From Octopus sinensis (lineage: Eukaryota), in assembly GCF_006345805.1 (NCBI RefSeq), contig NC_043003.1, forward strand, positions 21,886,001 through 21,950,000: a DNA stretch of 64,000 bases. The letters are read 5' to 3'. The notes under the pieces were generated by a model. It did not search any database and was not told the DNA's origin. It saw only the letters and a program-made list of their open reading frames with translations. Made by a program: the position numbers and the translations under genes. This document shows, one piece after another, positions 63,689-64,000 of this stretch. Positions within the stretch are counted from its first letter, which is position 1, and the number at the start of each line of letters is the position of its first letter.

Positions 63689-64000
63689 ACTAGCAGTATC
63701 GCCCGGCGTTGCTCGGGTTTGTAAGGGAAATAACTATATAAGCATTTTTAGAGAGTTACTTCCCTTATAGATGCCAATTCGGGCTTTCTTAGCCATTTCT
63801 GTTTTGGTGTCTTCAAGCCATGAAGTCGTTGTTCTAAAAGAACGCTGGTCTCCTTGACAACGCTTTACGACGTTGATTTCCTTACACTCCCTTCCCCACA
63901 GCTTCACGAGGGAGGGAAGAAGGGGGAGAAGCAAACAGGTGCAGGTGTGACCATGGACGCCAACTCCGTTGCCATCGACACACGAAAAATTATGCATTAA
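63689..64000 (+). mobile_element. Non-autonomous Helitron-like element end, truncated by window
   Basis: actagcagtatcgcccggcgttgctcggg resembles the ACTAGC + GC-hairpin end of non-autonomous Helitrons; CpGs intact. Confidence 0.5.

Overview
AT-rich, microsatellite- and SINE-dense eukaryotic DNA; the repeat families suggest an octopus or other coleoid cephalopod genome (inference). Two protein-coding genes are supported on the + strand. (1) The 3' part of a mucolipin/TRPML channel gene: 10 coding exons from 325 to the stop at 20219, all phase-consistent GT-AG, with an inferred ~2.7 kb 3'UTR. (2) The first coding exon (34679-34753, MQTENSRDKQSKKKKSRTWSEASKI|GT) of an ASXL/Asx Polycomb-associated gene; I could not find its next exon, so intron 1 appears to be >29 kb. 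The rest is mostly transposon-derived: three tRNA-SINE families, RTE and CR1/Jockey-type LINE fragments, a Penelope-like element with a GIY-YIG domain, two Tc1/mariner relics, piggyBac- and hAT-type MITEs and a Helitron-like end. Best leads: a 347-bp-period tandem/inverted element with a 12-bp target-site duplication carrying a minimal hammerhead-ribozyme motif (2585-3186, retrozyme/Penelope-like) in a mucolipin intron; long dsRNA-forming structures around the pore exon; three upstream ATGs before ASXL; a possible antisense spliced transcript between the genes; and a 7-kb CpG-retaining island in the ASXL intron. All calls were made by eye, without database searches.
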